Origin: a virus
Strand: one strand, 5' to 3'
Virus record (IMG/VR): IMGVR_UViG_3300032220_000699
Span: 96,001 to 160,000 of that record
Length of the DNA stretch: 64,000 bases
The notes under the pieces are model-generated. The model worked only from the letters and a program-made list of their open reading frames with translations, ran no database searches and was not told where the DNA came from. Both the position numbers and the translations under genes were made by a program. This document shows positions 26,928-37,703 of the stretch, in pieces (position 1 is the stretch's first letter; every line of letters starts with the position of its first letter).

Positions 26928-27413
26928 TTAATCTTTATATTTAGTTCCATGCTGTCCATATTGATTTGCAGCATTGTATTTGGATCTACAAGATCTGCTA
27001 CAGCATAAATCATCTGTAACTTTTATTCTGTCTTTATACTCACTGTCTGAAAGATAAAACAATTCATTACAGTAAGAACAAGGTAATATATGATAGTTAA
27101 GCAATTCTTCAAACTGCTTCAACTCATATTTCTTTTTGTTTTCCTCAGATGTAAGAACCTGAAGATTATTAATATCATCGTTGGTTTTATCATCGTCCTT
27201 ATGATCTACTTCTTCATCAGGAGTTAATAAACGATCAAGTTTATCTTCCATCATTACTCTTGATAGAGCTTTAGACGGAGTGTTACCTTTTTCAAAATAG
27301 ATGACGCATCTTTTCCTACCATCCTTACTTTCATAAGGACCTAAGATGTTTTTGCATCCATATAGCTTCTTCAGCTTTTCTTTGTCAAATGGTATATCTG
27401 TTTCTTTCGACAT
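26928..27413 (-). CDS. HNH homing endonuclease, paralog of 2157-2621
   Basis: VDHKDDDKTNDDINNLQVLT; CSYC...CCSRSC. Confidence 0.88.
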   Translation of the reverse strand: MSKETDIPFDKEKLKKLYGCKNILGPYESKDGRKRCVIYFEKGNTPSKALSRVMMEDKLDRLLTPDEEVDHKDDDKTNDDINNLQVLTSEENKKKYELKQFEELLNYHILPCSYCNELFYLSDSEYKDRIKVTDDLCCSRSCRSKYNAANQYGQHGTKYKD

Positions 27414-27470
27414 AATGATACTAACTGTATTGCGACAATTAATATATATGTCATTAATTAGTATTCTATT

Positions 27471-27502
27471 GGAGGTGCTTTCAACCGCTCAGCCAAACCT
27501 CC
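27471..27502 (-). pseudogene. 5' fragment of a tRNA-Ser-like gene
   Basis: GGAGGTT TG GCTGAGCGGTTGAAAGC ACC: acceptor strand plus complete D-arm, no anticodon or T arm. Confidence 0.75.
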
Positions 27503-27527
27503 TTTTCCAATCTATTATGTAAACTAG

Positions 27528-27722
27528 TTAATTTTTAATGAGTCTATGGTGATGGAAGTCACAACAAACTACATTTGTGTCAGAACTAAAGTGTTCGATT
27601 AATTGATTATTCTTAAACCTAGTTTCTTTAATTAGTTCAAGAGTATTTAGCATTTGTTCTTCCATTTTATCCATTACTTCATTAAGCTTTATAAGATCTT
27701 TAAGCTCAACAGACATGATCAC
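27528..27722 (-). CDS. hypothetical protein
   Basis: 64 aa, coupled to the upstream gene. Confidence 0.5.
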   Translation of the reverse strand: MIMSVELKDLIKLNEVMDKMEEQMLNTLELIKETRFKNNQLIEHFSSDTNVVCCDFHHHRLIKN

Positions 27723-29443
27723 TTGTCCTGTCTTAAAGCTATAACATGAGTATTCATAACTGACTTCATAACACCTTCAACGTCATTATAGTTGTAAGTA
27801 GATCTAAAGTTTTGTTTTGAATCTTCTATGAATCCACGTTGACTAATATAGTTAAATAGTTCAGGGAACATATTAAACAAAATATCAAATAACTGAGTGT
27901 AGATATAAGGATTAGTTTTTACTACCAATAGAAAATCTTTAAGAGAATTATCATCATCTATCATTCTGTAATGGTTAAGGATGTGAATAAAGACTCTAAA
28001 AAGATCATTCATTGTATCGAATATTCTACTAAATTCTGTTTTAAAGTTATCAAACGCATTCATCCATTCTTTAATAAATAAAAATAGAACAGGTTTATTA
28101 TTAAGTAAACGATCTAAGGCGCGTTTATCAAGCATTGTTATATCGACAATAATGCTTAATGTAACTCTAACTGGTTTAAACAAACTTAATTCATTAACAG
28201 ATTTAATAGTTAAGTTTTGATCTATTTCACCGTAAGCATCAAATAAAGCACCATCCTGATGTAGTCCAACATAAATGAACGACATATAAGGATGTTTAAT
28301 AAATTCATGTTCACCATCACTAATATAATTTAATAGAATATCAGGAATATAAAATGGGTCAATTTCTTTTAGATTTAGTAATGTCTTCTTATCTGTTTCA
28401 TCGACTTCAGTTAAGAATGATGCAAGAATAACATAACCTTTATGAGCTTGACGAAGATTAAAATCGTCGAACGCAGGAACATTAATAGGGTAGTTAATAT
28501 CGACTCTATTTTCTAATTGACGATGAGCTTCAAAATGACTTAAAGCATGAAGGCTCTGTGTATAACTTAAGTTACGCTTTCTTTCTTCAATAGAATTAAC
28601 CTTAGCATCTTCAATGAACTGTACATACTTAGCAGGTAAAAGCTTATTACAGATCATGACAGGATAACGGATACCTATAGCTCTAGGAACATCGAAAGAT
28701 AATTTATAACTGAAACTTACTTTATAGTTGGAGTTTTCATTATCAGCATCAACCTTCTCAGGCATGCTACTAAAATCAAAAAGACCAAGTATACGAACTT
28801 GTTTTTCAAAAATTGCGATCTTTGCATTTTCCTTGTTAGCCATGTCTGTAATCAGATGCATGCGCTTCGTAGAATGCTCTCTGAAATATTCCTCAAGAGA
28901 CTGAGGAACAAGTCTGTTCTTTAGTGTATGTACATCTGCAATAAATTCTTCAACGATATCAGGAAGAAGAATATCGTACTGGATATCATGGATACCAATG
29001 TTTCTGGTTTGGGATAAACGAATACGGATATCATCTCTTATTCTGTTAGCTTCTGTTTTAGAAGGAGTGAAGTAACTGAACTCAATCGTTATATCAGATT
29101 TAACATAAATAGGGAAAACAAAGACATCAATTTGTCTATCTTCAAAAATAGGGAAAGCGTTAACTTGATGAACAGCTGTTGTGGTCAGTTCATCTTCATT
29201 ATACTCTTCTATAATGTTTGCACTGATACGTCTTAATGACGCAGTTGAAGGAAGATTCTTCTTCTCAACTCCTGTTTCATTTGTTTTGTTATCAGTGAGT
29301 GTATAGTCAATATCCTTATGCACAGCAATAACAGCTGTATGTGGGATTTTTGTTGCTTCGACGATATCACCGATAATCTTAAAATAAGCTTCATTCAAGA
29401 TAGTACGGTTTGTATCCTCTAGGGTTAAGGAAACTGTAGGCAT
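27719..29443 (-). CDS. phiKZ-like virion structural protein
   Basis: 574 aa from ATG 29443 (MPTVS); structural-gene context; family recalled. Confidence 0.55.
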   Translation of the reverse strand: MPTVSLTLEDTNRTILNEAYFKIIGDIVEATKIPHTAVIAVHKDIDYTLTDNKTNETGVEKKNLPSTASLRRISANIIEEYNEDELTTTAVHQVNAFPIFEDRQIDVFVFPIYVKSDITIEFSYFTPSKTEANRIRDDIRIRLSQTRNIGIHDIQYDILLPDIVEEFIADVHTLKNRLVPQSLEEYFREHSTKRMHLITDMANKENAKIAIFEKQVRILGLFDFSSMPEKVDADNENSNYKVSFSYKLSFDVPRAIGIRYPVMICNKLLPAKYVQFIEDAKVNSIEERKRNLSYTQSLHALSHFEAHRQLENRVDINYPINVPAFDDFNLRQAHKGYVILASFLTEVDETDKKTLLNLKEIDPFYIPDILLNYISDGEHEFIKHPYMSFIYVGLHQDGALFDAYGEIDQNLTIKSVNELSLFKPVRVTLSIIVDITMLDKRALDRLLNNKPVLFLFIKEWMNAFDNFKTEFSRIFDTMNDLFRVFIHILNHYRMIDDDNSLKDFLLVVKTNPYIYTQLFDILFNMFPELFNYISQRGFIEDSKQNFRSTYNYNDVEGVMKSVMNTHVIALRQDK

Positions 29444-29502
29444 TTGGAATTCCTTCTTATAGGTCAAAAAATGTCCGGAGGTTTCCCTCCGGACATCTTC
29501 TA

Positions 29503-31101
29503 TTAGAATTGCTTGGCACACTTATAGAGATACTTAATCATCTCATATCGACATTCTTGATGAATACCCATCAGTCCAACTGAAACTTCTTTCAAGAGAA
29601 CCTGGATAACATTAAGATAGTTAATAATAAATTTATGCAGATCTTCAAGTTTATCAATAACTTCTTTGCTATGTCTAGTCGGCTTATCGTTATTTCCACT
29701 ATTACCAAAATCTAATTCAGGTTCATCTAAATTAGGTCTTCTGGTAAATCCAGCGGCACCCAACATATCATTAGCCTGACTAGCTGAAATAGTGCTGGAA
29801 GATTCATCTTCATCTGTAGCCGTAACTGGGAAAGGATCGTCTTCCGTTGGCATTACATTTTCAGTAGCAATTGTAAAAGGATCACGAATAGTAGTTGTCA
29901 GTCTGTCAATTTCTTTGTCAAACTTTTCAACAGTTTTCTGAACTTGTTCAATTTTTACTGTTTTACTAAAGTCTTTATAGAAATCATAAAGACGCAAGAG
30001 ATTTTCACGAGAACTAATTGTTTCAAGATTATTCTCTGTGATATTATTTCTTTCTGAGTTAGATGTAATAAGCACCTTAGATGAATTGGATGTTTCACTA
30101 ACAGCAAAATCACACTTAACGTGATAAATATTAAAATCTCTGGGAAGCATTTGATTCGGATTTTTATCCGGGATCGCGCTGAAGAAAGAAGAACCCTTGA
30201 TTTCTGAAGAATCAAAAGCATTCATAATGTCATTCTGAACATCATCAGGCAGATTGTTAAAATGAACAGAATTTGTAAATAAAGTTTGGAAAGTGTCAGC
30301 AAGTCTATGTCTGATATTATCAACATCAGACGCTGTTAAAACAACACTCTTGTCTTTAAGCTTAGAAATAAGACTGTTCATCTCGGCAGTAAAACCAGGA
30401 TGAAAGTTTTTATCAATTTCACCAGTAAAGACTTTAATAAATGTTGAAAGATTAGAAAGCTTCTGTTTACCTTTAGTAATCAGATAATCAGATCTCATCG
30501 TTTCAATATCAGGTGTGCCTAACAAGCTCGGGAGCTTAGAGTCAACCTTAATTTGTGTAACTGAATTTTTATCGCTACGCTTAACTTTATGCATTAAGTC
30601 TTCGATATACATTTCATACTCTTCCATCTGAAGATTAGCATTAACTAATCTCTTAAAGAAAAGCATAACACGTTTAAAGAAGTCCTTAAAGAAGGATTTA
30701 ATCTTTTCCCAAATAGACCGCATGAATTCCATAAAACCTTCCATGGCGATCTTATGTGAAGTTTCAACACCATAAGGATTCTTGAAATCTTCCATAGAAG
30801 GAATTTTAGCTCTTACACCAAGATTGTTAGCAACACTCTTCATGTATAATGAATAATTCTCCATAGACGTGAAGTATTCAACGCTAGAGAGCTTTTTAGA
30901 TTCAATTGATGCCTTGACATCCCTAAGGATATAAAGCTCGTTAGAAGCTCTTGCAACACCTTCCACAGCTACCTGAATAGCATCTTCATGAAATTCAACG
31001 ATATCAGGAATATCACTGTTTTCAATCTTTGCTTCAATAAGCTTTTCGGGAGCTGAAGGCTGCTCTATATCTAGTTCTTCACTTGCGAATAACTTTGCCA
31101 T
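29503..31101 (-). CDS. phiKZ-type internal head protein paralog
   Basis: IAMEGFMEFMRSIWEKIKSFFKDFF motif; S/A-x-E sites; MAKLFASEE N-terminus. Confidence 0.8.
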   Translation of the reverse strand: MAKLFASEELDIEQPSAPEKLIEAKIENSDIPDIVEFHEDAIQVAVEGVARASNELYILRDVKASIESKKLSSVEYFTSMENYSLYMKSVANNLGVRAKIPSMEDFKNPYGVETSHKIAMEGFMEFMRSIWEKIKSFFKDFFKRVMLFFKRLVNANLQMEEYEMYIEDLMHKVKRSDKNSVTQIKVDSKLPSLLGTPDIETMRSDYLITKGKQKLSNLSTFIKVFTGEIDKNFHPGFTAEMNSLISKLKDKSVVLTASDVDNIRHRLADTFQTLFTNSVHFNNLPDDVQNDIMNAFDSSEIKGSSFFSAIPDKNPNQMLPRDFNIYHVKCDFAVSETSNSSKVLITSNSERNNITENNLETISSRENLLRLYDFYKDFSKTVKIEQVQKTVEKFDKEIDRLTTTIRDPFTIATENVMPTEDDPFPVTATDEDESSSTISASQANDMLGAAGFTRRPNLDEPELDFGNSGNNDKPTRHSKEVIDKLEDLHKFIINYLNVIQVLLKEVSVGLMGIHQECRYEMIKYLYKCAKQF

Positions 31102-31110
31102 ATTAACCTC

Positions 31111-32568
31111 TTAACCAAAATGTTTCAGAGACAAGACACTGTAGTCAACAACACCGTCAGCTGAATCAAGTGCCATTTCTAAAACGTTCTTGCAGATTTT
31201 GTTGTAATTGTTGAAGAAAGTCTTAGCCATGTTAAGGCGTTTCTTGACTTTATTATTCAACACTTTCTTATATTTACCTAAATTCTCTTCAGGAACTTTA
31301 TTAATATCATTGATAATTTTATCAACCTTATTCAGGTTATCCATAATCTTATCATTAATCTTACCATAAACAGTAGAAAGCTTTTCAGCTTCAGTAATAT
31401 TTTCTAAGACTGACTTGAGAAGTTTGAGCAATGTTGCTTTATCTTCAAGGATAATACCATTAGGTGTTTCTTTTTCTTCGTCAGTCTCAATTTCGATACC
31501 TGATTCAGGATTGACCTTAACTTCCTTAATGATCTTTCCTTTGACTAAGGTTTTGCCTTTGACTTTATTAAGAACATCAGCTAAAGATTTAATGAAACTT
31601 TCAAATTCACGACGGGCTTCTTCACCCTTCTTATCTTCTGTTTCATCGTCAGATTCACCAGCAGTTATTTTACTGATAGTTTCTTTACTGTCAGCAATTT
31701 TATTTGCACTGTCTTTAGCTTCTTTTTCTAAAGAACTATTTTCCTTATTAAGGGCACTATTTTCTTTCATGGTTTGTCTAATTGACTTACCATTAAAATC
31801 AGTATAAGAACCCTTCTTATCATTATTTTCAGACATCTTAGCATTGTTAGAATCAATGCTTTCACGAAGCTTAGAAATATTAGCTACAAAATCTTTATCA
31901 AGAACATCTTTATTAGCAAATGCTTCTGCCTTCTTATTAACTTCACCAAAAGAAGCTAACAAAGTTTCAACAGAAAGAACTGCTTCAGAAATAACATTGA
32001 TATCAATTTCACCGCTAACAGGAAACTTACTAGCTAAACCACCAGGAACTTTGTCAAGGCGAGATTTAGCGATATCTTTGTTTGTTTCACCAATAACCTC
32101 GATAAGGTTAGCAATCTTATTCTTAACACGACCAAGGCGTGTAAAATACTTCTTGAAGAATTCTTTAATAGTGTTATAGATCTTAGAGAAAATTTCCTTG
32201 ATCTTATTCCACATATCTCCGATAAAACCTTCAAGCGCGATGTGGTGGTTCAATGCAGTTGTCGGAAGAGTATTTATAGTTTCCTGAGAAATAACAGGAA
32301 CATATTTCATATTTAGATTTGATGTGACAGACTTAATATATTCATTGTAAAGGATATAATTACCTTTATCAATGAAGTTATAGTTTTCGTTAGCGATCTG
32401 TTCGTCAATCACATTAAGACTATTAAAAGCCTTGACATGGTTATTGAATTCAGCAACCTGCTGATCAATAGACGCAGATTCAATATCAGTTGTTTCGTCT
32501 TCTGTGGCATACTGAACCACATCACCCATTTTGGGTTTAGGTTCTTTAACCTGGTCAAAAAGTTTCAT
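31111..32568 (-). CDS. phiKZ-type internal head protein paralog
   Basis: IALEGFIGDMWNKIKEIFSKIYNTIKEFF motif. Confidence 0.8.
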   Translation of the reverse strand: MKLFDQVKEPKPKMGDVVQYATEDETTDIESASIDQQVAEFNNHVKAFNSLNVIDEQIANENYNFIDKGNYILYNEYIKSVTSNLNMKYVPVISQETINTLPTTALNHHIALEGFIGDMWNKIKEIFSKIYNTIKEFFKKYFTRLGRVKNKIANLIEVIGETNKDIAKSRLDKVPGGLASKFPVSGEIDINVISEAVLSVETLLASFGEVNKKAEAFANKDVLDKDFVANISKLRESIDSNNAKMSENNDKKGSYTDFNGKSIRQTMKENSALNKENSSLEKEAKDSANKIADSKETISKITAGESDDETEDKKGEEARREFESFIKSLADVLNKVKGKTLVKGKIIKEVKVNPESGIEIETDEEKETPNGIILEDKATLLKLLKSVLENITEAEKLSTVYGKINDKIMDNLNKVDKIINDINKVPEENLGKYKKVLNNKVKKRLNMAKTFFNNYNKICKNVLEMALDSADGVVDYSVLSLKHFG

Positions 32569-32652
32569 TTGGAAATCCTTACTGGAAAAGTCAAAAAATT
32601 GAATAAAAAAATAAAAAAGAACAGTAGGGAGAAATCCCTACTGTTTCTCTTA

Positions 32653-33882
32653 TTAAGCGAATCTTACAGAACGATTGATATATTCAACACCGGCATCCAT
32701 AGCACGGTATGTTATGTTTGTAAATTTAGTCGAAAACAATTTAACAAAAGCAATAATGGCACAAATCAATGCATAGTAAAATGCGTAGATAGAAATGATC
32801 CAACCTAAAGCTAATCCAAAACCAAAACCAATAGCAGCTGAAACCATGCCAGCAACCCAAGCGCCAATGTGAACCAATGTGCCCTTAATTGTAGACATGA
32901 GATAATCAGCTGTATGGAATAAGGTATCTGTCCTATTTTCCATCAAGGTGACTAAGTTATTTAACTCTTTCAAAATCTTTGTTGCATCAGACTTATTGGC
33001 TGTTTTCATCAGCCCAGGTTCAGATGCATTTTTACCATCAACAATTTTAACATTAATACTTCCCTTACTAAAACTATAAGTCTTCATATGTGCTTCATCT
33101 AGTTCGACTTCAATAGACTTACCTTCAGCTAAATCAATATTCAAACCAGTTTTAGAAACATTCATAAGTTTCATAAGGTTATTAATAGCTGAATCAATTT
33201 CAGATTTAACCTTTGTTTGTTTATCTTCTGCCTTAGCTTTGGCAATAACATAAGTCATTGCCTTAATGTCAGATTCAGAAATTTTGACAATACTATCTCT
33301 TGCAGAGAAAAGAGCATCAGCCACTTTTGAATGATTCTGAAGAATATGCAAAACATCTTCGGGTTTCAATGTGTTCTTATTATAAGGCACACGGAAAGAA
33401 TTGCTGATAGAATTTGTTATCTGGGCTTCATTACTACTTGACCCCATTGAACGAACAACTTCATCCAATTGAGAAATTCTTTTCTTAACAAAACGGAATC
33501 CACGAATATTTTTATTCCATGTATTTTCCAAGAATCCAAATGTACCATTAACCAGAGTTTGAATTTTAAGAGTCATCTTACCAACAATATCGCTAATACC
33601 TTCCATAGCAACTTCTTTATTGTTAGACTTAAATGCTTCTAATACATACTCAGTGTCTTTCTTAGGAACACCAAGACCACGATATACAGAACTAACAAGA
33701 AGCTGCATTGATTCTGCGCTGATGTCACTGCTTGTTTGAATTTGTTGTTGAATTTGGAAAAGTGTTTCCAATTGCTCTAATGCTGTTTCAAATGTGTCCA
33801 GATTGTTTTCAACTTTAAAGTCTGTAAACTCATTGTCCAGAATTAGTTCTTCAAACGAAATTTCGTTATGTTCAATTGACAT
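32653..33882 (-). CDS. divergent internal head protein paralog with a hydrophobic C-terminal segment
   Basis: VAMEGISDIVGK motif; start moved to ATG 33882. Confidence 0.65.
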   Translation of the reverse strand: MSIEHNEISFEELILDNEFTDFKVENNLDTFETALEQLETLFQIQQQIQTSSDISAESMQLLVSSVYRGLGVPKKDTEYVLEAFKSNNKEVAMEGISDIVGKMTLKIQTLVNGTFGFLENTWNKNIRGFRFVKKRISQLDEVVRSMGSSSNEAQITNSISNSFRVPYNKNTLKPEDVLHILQNHSKVADALFSARDSIVKISESDIKAMTYVIAKAKAEDKQTKVKSEIDSAINNLMKLMNVSKTGLNIDLAEGKSIEVELDEAHMKTYSFSKGSINVKIVDGKNASEPGLMKTANKSDATKILKELNNLVTLMENRTDTLFHTADYLMSTIKGTLVHIGAWVAGMVSAAIGFGFGLALGWIISIYAFYYALICAIIAFVKLFSTKFTNITYRAMDAGVEYINRSVRFA

Positions 33883-33944
33883 TTTAAATTCCTCAAAAAT
33901 AATCAAAAAATTAAACAGTAGGGATTTCTCCCTACTGCTGTATA

Positions 33945-35129
33945 TTAGCTATGAGTTAAACAAAAATGAGAATAAGATGCAATTGATCTTGCAAGCTTAA
34001 CATTCGAAACAATCATTGTTCCAAGTAGTTTAGGAATACTGCTATTTATTCGATATATTAGTCTAAGTGTGGTTTTATAATTAACCATTAATTTAGTCTT
34101 ATTCTGACTTATATCATCAAAGTCAATAACAAGTCCGTTATTTTGCATATGGCTGTCATAAGTCTTGGTTACATTATTAAATTCTGTTTGTAACTGATGT
34201 TGTGTTTCTTTATAATGCATTGTTTGTTTAATGATGTCAAGAGCTTTCATAATCACGGTCTTAAGATGAGAAGCTGTGACAAGATAGATTCTACGATTAT
34301 CATCGTAATCAATTTTATTTGTTTCTGCATTAAACTGAATATCAGTACCATCATCCATGACATAATCAATGTCGATATATTCACCAGAGATCATTGGTGA
34401 ACGTTCTGTACCAAGTTTAAATGTGTGAGTAGTGAACTCTTTACAGATATGCCCTAAAACATCCTGAACACCTGATTCAAAATCACTCTGATTAATATCT
34501 TTAACATGCTTGTTAAAGTACTTTGTATTTTTAATAAGACTATCGATTGTATTAAAGTTATTATAATGCGCAGAGATAAAGTTAATCAATGTTCGATCAT
34601 TAATATCTTCGCCATTATTAAAGTTTAAAAGAATATGTTCATCCATTTTATCTGAAACAACTTGGGATGAATTTTTGTATTTTGAGTTGACTTCTTCTAA
34701 AGCATGTTCTAAAGCAGCTTTAATTTTATTCAGAGAGGCAAAGTTATCATTCCAAAATTCGCCTATCTTATTCCAAAGTTCTTCTATGGATTTTTTAATC
34801 TTCGACCACAGATCATTAACAAATAGTCTCATATCTTCCAATACTACTTGTTTAGAGTAAGATTCTGCAGAGATAGAGAAATACTTAGTTGAGTCGGCAC
34901 CGAGGTTCTGACAGATAGATTCAATCGCTAACTGAATAGATTGTAGTGTGATATGTGAAATAGGTTCAGCGTTAGGGATATCTGAAACCACACTTTGGAT
35001 ATTATCTGCAAATACACTAGTAGCTAATGCGTCGGCTGTAGCATCGTGTCGTTCAATAACTTCGTTTTGAATATGATTTACTTCTAACTCTTCTTCAGCT
35101 AAAATAGCTAAAACATGTGTGTTGGACAT
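33945..35129 (-). CDS. phiKZ-type internal head protein paralog
   Basis: ISAESY, VVLEDMRLFVNDLWSKIKKSIEELWNKI; start moved to ATG 35129. Confidence 0.75.
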   Translation of the reverse strand: MSNTHVLAILAEEELEVNHIQNEVIERHDATADALATSVFADNIQSVVSDIPNAEPISHITLQSIQLAIESICQNLGADSTKYFSISAESYSKQVVLEDMRLFVNDLWSKIKKSIEELWNKIGEFWNDNFASLNKIKAALEHALEEVNSKYKNSSQVVSDKMDEHILLNFNNGEDINDRTLINFISAHYNNFNTIDSLIKNTKYFNKHVKDINQSDFESGVQDVLGHICKEFTTHTFKLGTERSPMISGEYIDIDYVMDDGTDIQFNAETNKIDYDDNRRIYLVTASHLKTVIMKALDIIKQTMHYKETQHQLQTEFNNVTKTYDSHMQNNGLVIDFDDISQNKTKLMVNYKTTLRLIYRINSSIPKLLGTMIVSNVKLARSIASYSHFCLTHS

Positions 35130-35195
35130 AACGTTATCTCGATAACTAATCACAAAATTAAAACAGTAGGAGGTTTCCCTCCTACTGTCTATTTA

Positions 35196-36224
35196 TTACA
35201 CAGAAATTGGATAATCGATTTTCTGATGTGATTGATAACCAACCAGAGTAAAGTCATCAATAGTAAAACTAAAGATGTCAGTCTTATTCGGGTTGATTTT
35301 CATTACCGGCAAATCATAAGGTTCATTGACAGATTGCTCTTCAATAAACTTTGCGATGTGATTATTATAGATATGGCAGTCACCAAAAGTATGAATGAAT
35401 TCACCAGGAATCATATTCACACACTGAGCAACCATCATCGTAAACAATGCATAGGATGCAATATTAAACGGAACACCCAGAATGTAGTCAGCAGATCGTT
35501 GATACAGCTGACAGTCCAGTTTAAACTTAGGAATATTCAGACGAGTAAAGATCTCTTCGATCTCATCGTCCATAGAAGATTTGTTAGCTGGTTCGATATA
35601 ATCAGGATAACGATCTACAAGAACAATACAACGTTCTTCAAAAGTCATTTCACGAACATAGAACTGGAAAAGACAGTGACAAGGGGCCAATGCCATTTTA
35701 CCTTGCTTAACGTTTTCTTGTGGAGAAATAGATTCATCAGGAAGATCTTCCACATTCCATGCAGATACGATATGACGGCGAGAAAATGGTTTCTTTTTCA
35801 AACCAGTGATCAGATCAGAAATCTGATCATGTTTCTGCCGAACAGGAGTTCCGGTGAAATGCATCTGATCAGCGTCACGTGTAGTCGGCGTGACATCAGA
35901 CATACCAATGACTTTGCCTTCCCAACAACGCCACTGCTTACCATACACAGGACCAAGGTCACCATTCTCAGCCGCCCATTCATCCCAAATGTGGACATTC
36001 TTTTCAACAAGAATATTGTTATTGGTATCACCGTTCAGAAACCAAAGTAGTTCTTCAATGATACCACGAGTAAACATCTTCTTCGATGTAAGCAAAGGAA
36101 ATCCCTTGCTAAGATCAAAACGCATTTGCGGACCAAAGATACTAATTGTACCAGTACCTGTACGATCACCGCGACGATTACCTGTTTGTAGAATACGATC
36201 AGCAAGTTCGAGATATTGTTTCAT
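35196..36224 (-). CDS. thyA: thymidylate synthase
   Basis: [56 protein letters not shown]. Confidence 0.97.
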   Translation of the reverse strand: MKQYLELADRILQTGNRRGDRTGTGTISIFGPQMRFDLSKGFPLLTSKKMFTRGIIEELLWFLNGDTNNNILVEKNVHIWDEWAAENGDLGPVYGKQWRCWEGKVIGMSDVTPTTRDADQMHFTGTPVRQKHDQISDLITGLKKKPFSRRHIVSAWNVEDLPDESISPQENVKQGKMALAPCHCLFQFYVREMTFEERCIVLVDRYPDYIEPANKSSMDDEIEEIFTRLNIPKFKLDCQLYQRSADYILGVPFNIASYALFTMMVAQCVNMIPGEFIHTFGDCHIYNNHIAKFIEEQSVNEPYDLPVMKINPNKTDIFSFTIDDFTLVGYQSHQKIDYPISV

Positions 36225-36724
36225 TCCGGCATCCTTTTCAATTGAGAATAAGTTAAAGGGTGATATTTGATTCTATAGCTACCATCGCTCCAGTAGTCTT
36301 TTCTTACTTCACAAAGCACCAAGATAGTTGTATCAGGTGTCTTTAAACTACAATGGGTATGAATATAACTTGGTTCATTACCCGAAAGAATTTCTTGTTG
36401 TATTGTAGAGTTAGGTATAACCCATTCTCTTCCTAGCACTTGAGACTCATAGCAGTAATCAGCTAAAGCTGCAACAGTAGTTAGAACCGCCGAGACATCA
36501 AAATCTTTAGGACCTGTACACACAGTAGCTGAATGAATAAGATTACCAGATCCATTATCCATTAATACAGATTTTACAAACAAATCAGCTATTGTTTTTT
36601 CACTGATTATTTCTGTAGATTGATTATCAGCAGAAGGTAATGGCGTTGAATTTTCGCCCATAGCTATCTTATCCTTTAAATCAATATTAGATTCACTGCA
36701 TATTATATCTGTTCTAATATTCAT
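36221..36724 (-). CDS. hypothetical protein
   Basis: 167 aa, ATGA-coupled to thyA. Confidence 0.55.
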   Translation of the reverse strand: MNIRTDIICSESNIDLKDKIAMGENSTPLPSADNQSTEIISEKTIADLFVKSVLMDNGSGNLIHSATVCTGPKDFDVSAVLTTVAALADYCYESQVLGREWVIPNSTIQQEILSGNEPSYIHTHCSLKTPDTTILVLCEVRKDYWSDGSYRIKYHPLTYSQLKRMPE

Positions 36725-36801
36725 AAATCCCCCCTATAACTAAAGAATGTTTAATAAAATAAAAAAAAAAAGAAAGCCCTAAACATCAGGGCTTCTCTTT
36801 G

Positions 36802-37116
36802 TTACAGCTTGTAAGCAAAGGTATGAACCTTTTGCTGAGCTTCATTGTAACGAGTAACAGTTTCATACTTGTCACCGTCAGGAAAGACCATGGTCATAAT
36901 AAGCACACCATGCATCTTAAGACGAGTGACAAGAGAGTTGAAGATCTTGACTTCACCCAGCTCATCTTCAAGCTTGATACCACAAACTTCACAAGCCCAA
37001 CCGAGTTGACCAAATCCTGTAAGAAATTCATCGACAGACACAGTTTCTACAGAACCTTGGTTCTTATCCAGTCCAGCTTTCAGATTGGTAAGAATCGAAT
37101 CATTTTGTTCAAACAT
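36802..37116 (-). CDS. hypothetical protein
   Basis: Start moved to ATG 37116 after AAGGAG. Confidence 0.65.
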   Translation of the reverse strand: MFEQNDSILTNLKAGLDKNQGSVETVSVDEFLTGFGQLGWACEVCGIKLEDELGEVKIFNSLVTRLKMHGVLIMTMVFPDGDKYETVTRYNEAQQKVHTFAYKL

Positions 37117-37126
37117 GTTTCTCTCC

Positions 37127-37399
37127 TTAAAACTTGATACCGTATTGCGCAGCAGCAGAGATAACTTCATCTTTACCACCACCATTGTTAAGAACTTTCT
37201 CGATAGTTTCCCAACCAGATGAGAGTTCGAGAATAAAAGCTTGTTTGGAAGTAAAGCCAAGCTTTTCAAGGCGACCGCGTGGCGTAGCAGCAATCATCTC
37301 ACTGTGCTTTTGCCAATCAACCTTTTGAAGAGGGGTAGCGATAGGACGCGGAACGCCATTAACGATTTGATATGCAGACATGATTTTCTCCTTGCTCAA
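37127..37399 (-). CDS. hypothetical protein
   Basis: Motif at 37427 upstream; AAGGAG precedes ATG 37381. Confidence 0.6.
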   Translation of the reverse strand: MSKEKIMSAYQIVNGVPRPIATPLQKVDWQKHSEMIAATPRGRLEKLGFTSKQAFILELSSGWETIEKVLNNGGGKDEVISAAAQYGIKF

Positions 37400-37496
37400 T
37401 TAAGAGCTTAATATTTAACCACTTATTATATATGTAACTGTAAAAATTTCAAAGACAAAAAAAGAACAGTCGTAGTGACCTGTTCTTTTTAAAATA

Positions 37497-37703
37497 TCAG
37501 CTATTATTATTTTCAATAATAACGATATCTTTTTTACCTGACAGTTTTTCAAGAAAAGCCGTCAGTGCTTCACCAACAACAGTTACAACCGACGACATAA
37601 ATTCATGTTTATCGGTTTGTTGATTTTCAGCTTCACGGGAAGAAGCTTCTTCTTTGGCTTTATTCAAAGACTTGATAAGGCCATCTGCAAAGGTAGTTTT
37701 CAT
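37497..37703 (-). CDS. hypothetical protein
   Basis: 68 aa; AAGGAG RBS; motif at 37747 upstream. Confidence 0.6.
   Translation of the reverse strand: MKTTFADGLIKSLNKAKEEASSREAENQQTDKHEFMSSVVTVVGEALTAFLEKLSGKKDIVIIENNNS

Noticed and set aside
26665-27013. Track extension of ORF 26257 to 26814, and ORF 26828-27013
   Set aside because: They overlap tRNA-Tyr, tRNA-Ser and the HNH gene; the true start is ATG 26664
2091-27502. Integrase att sites or prophage boundaries at the tRNA fragments
   Set aside because: No integrase in the window, and the fragments are 5' halves rather than the usual 3' duplications
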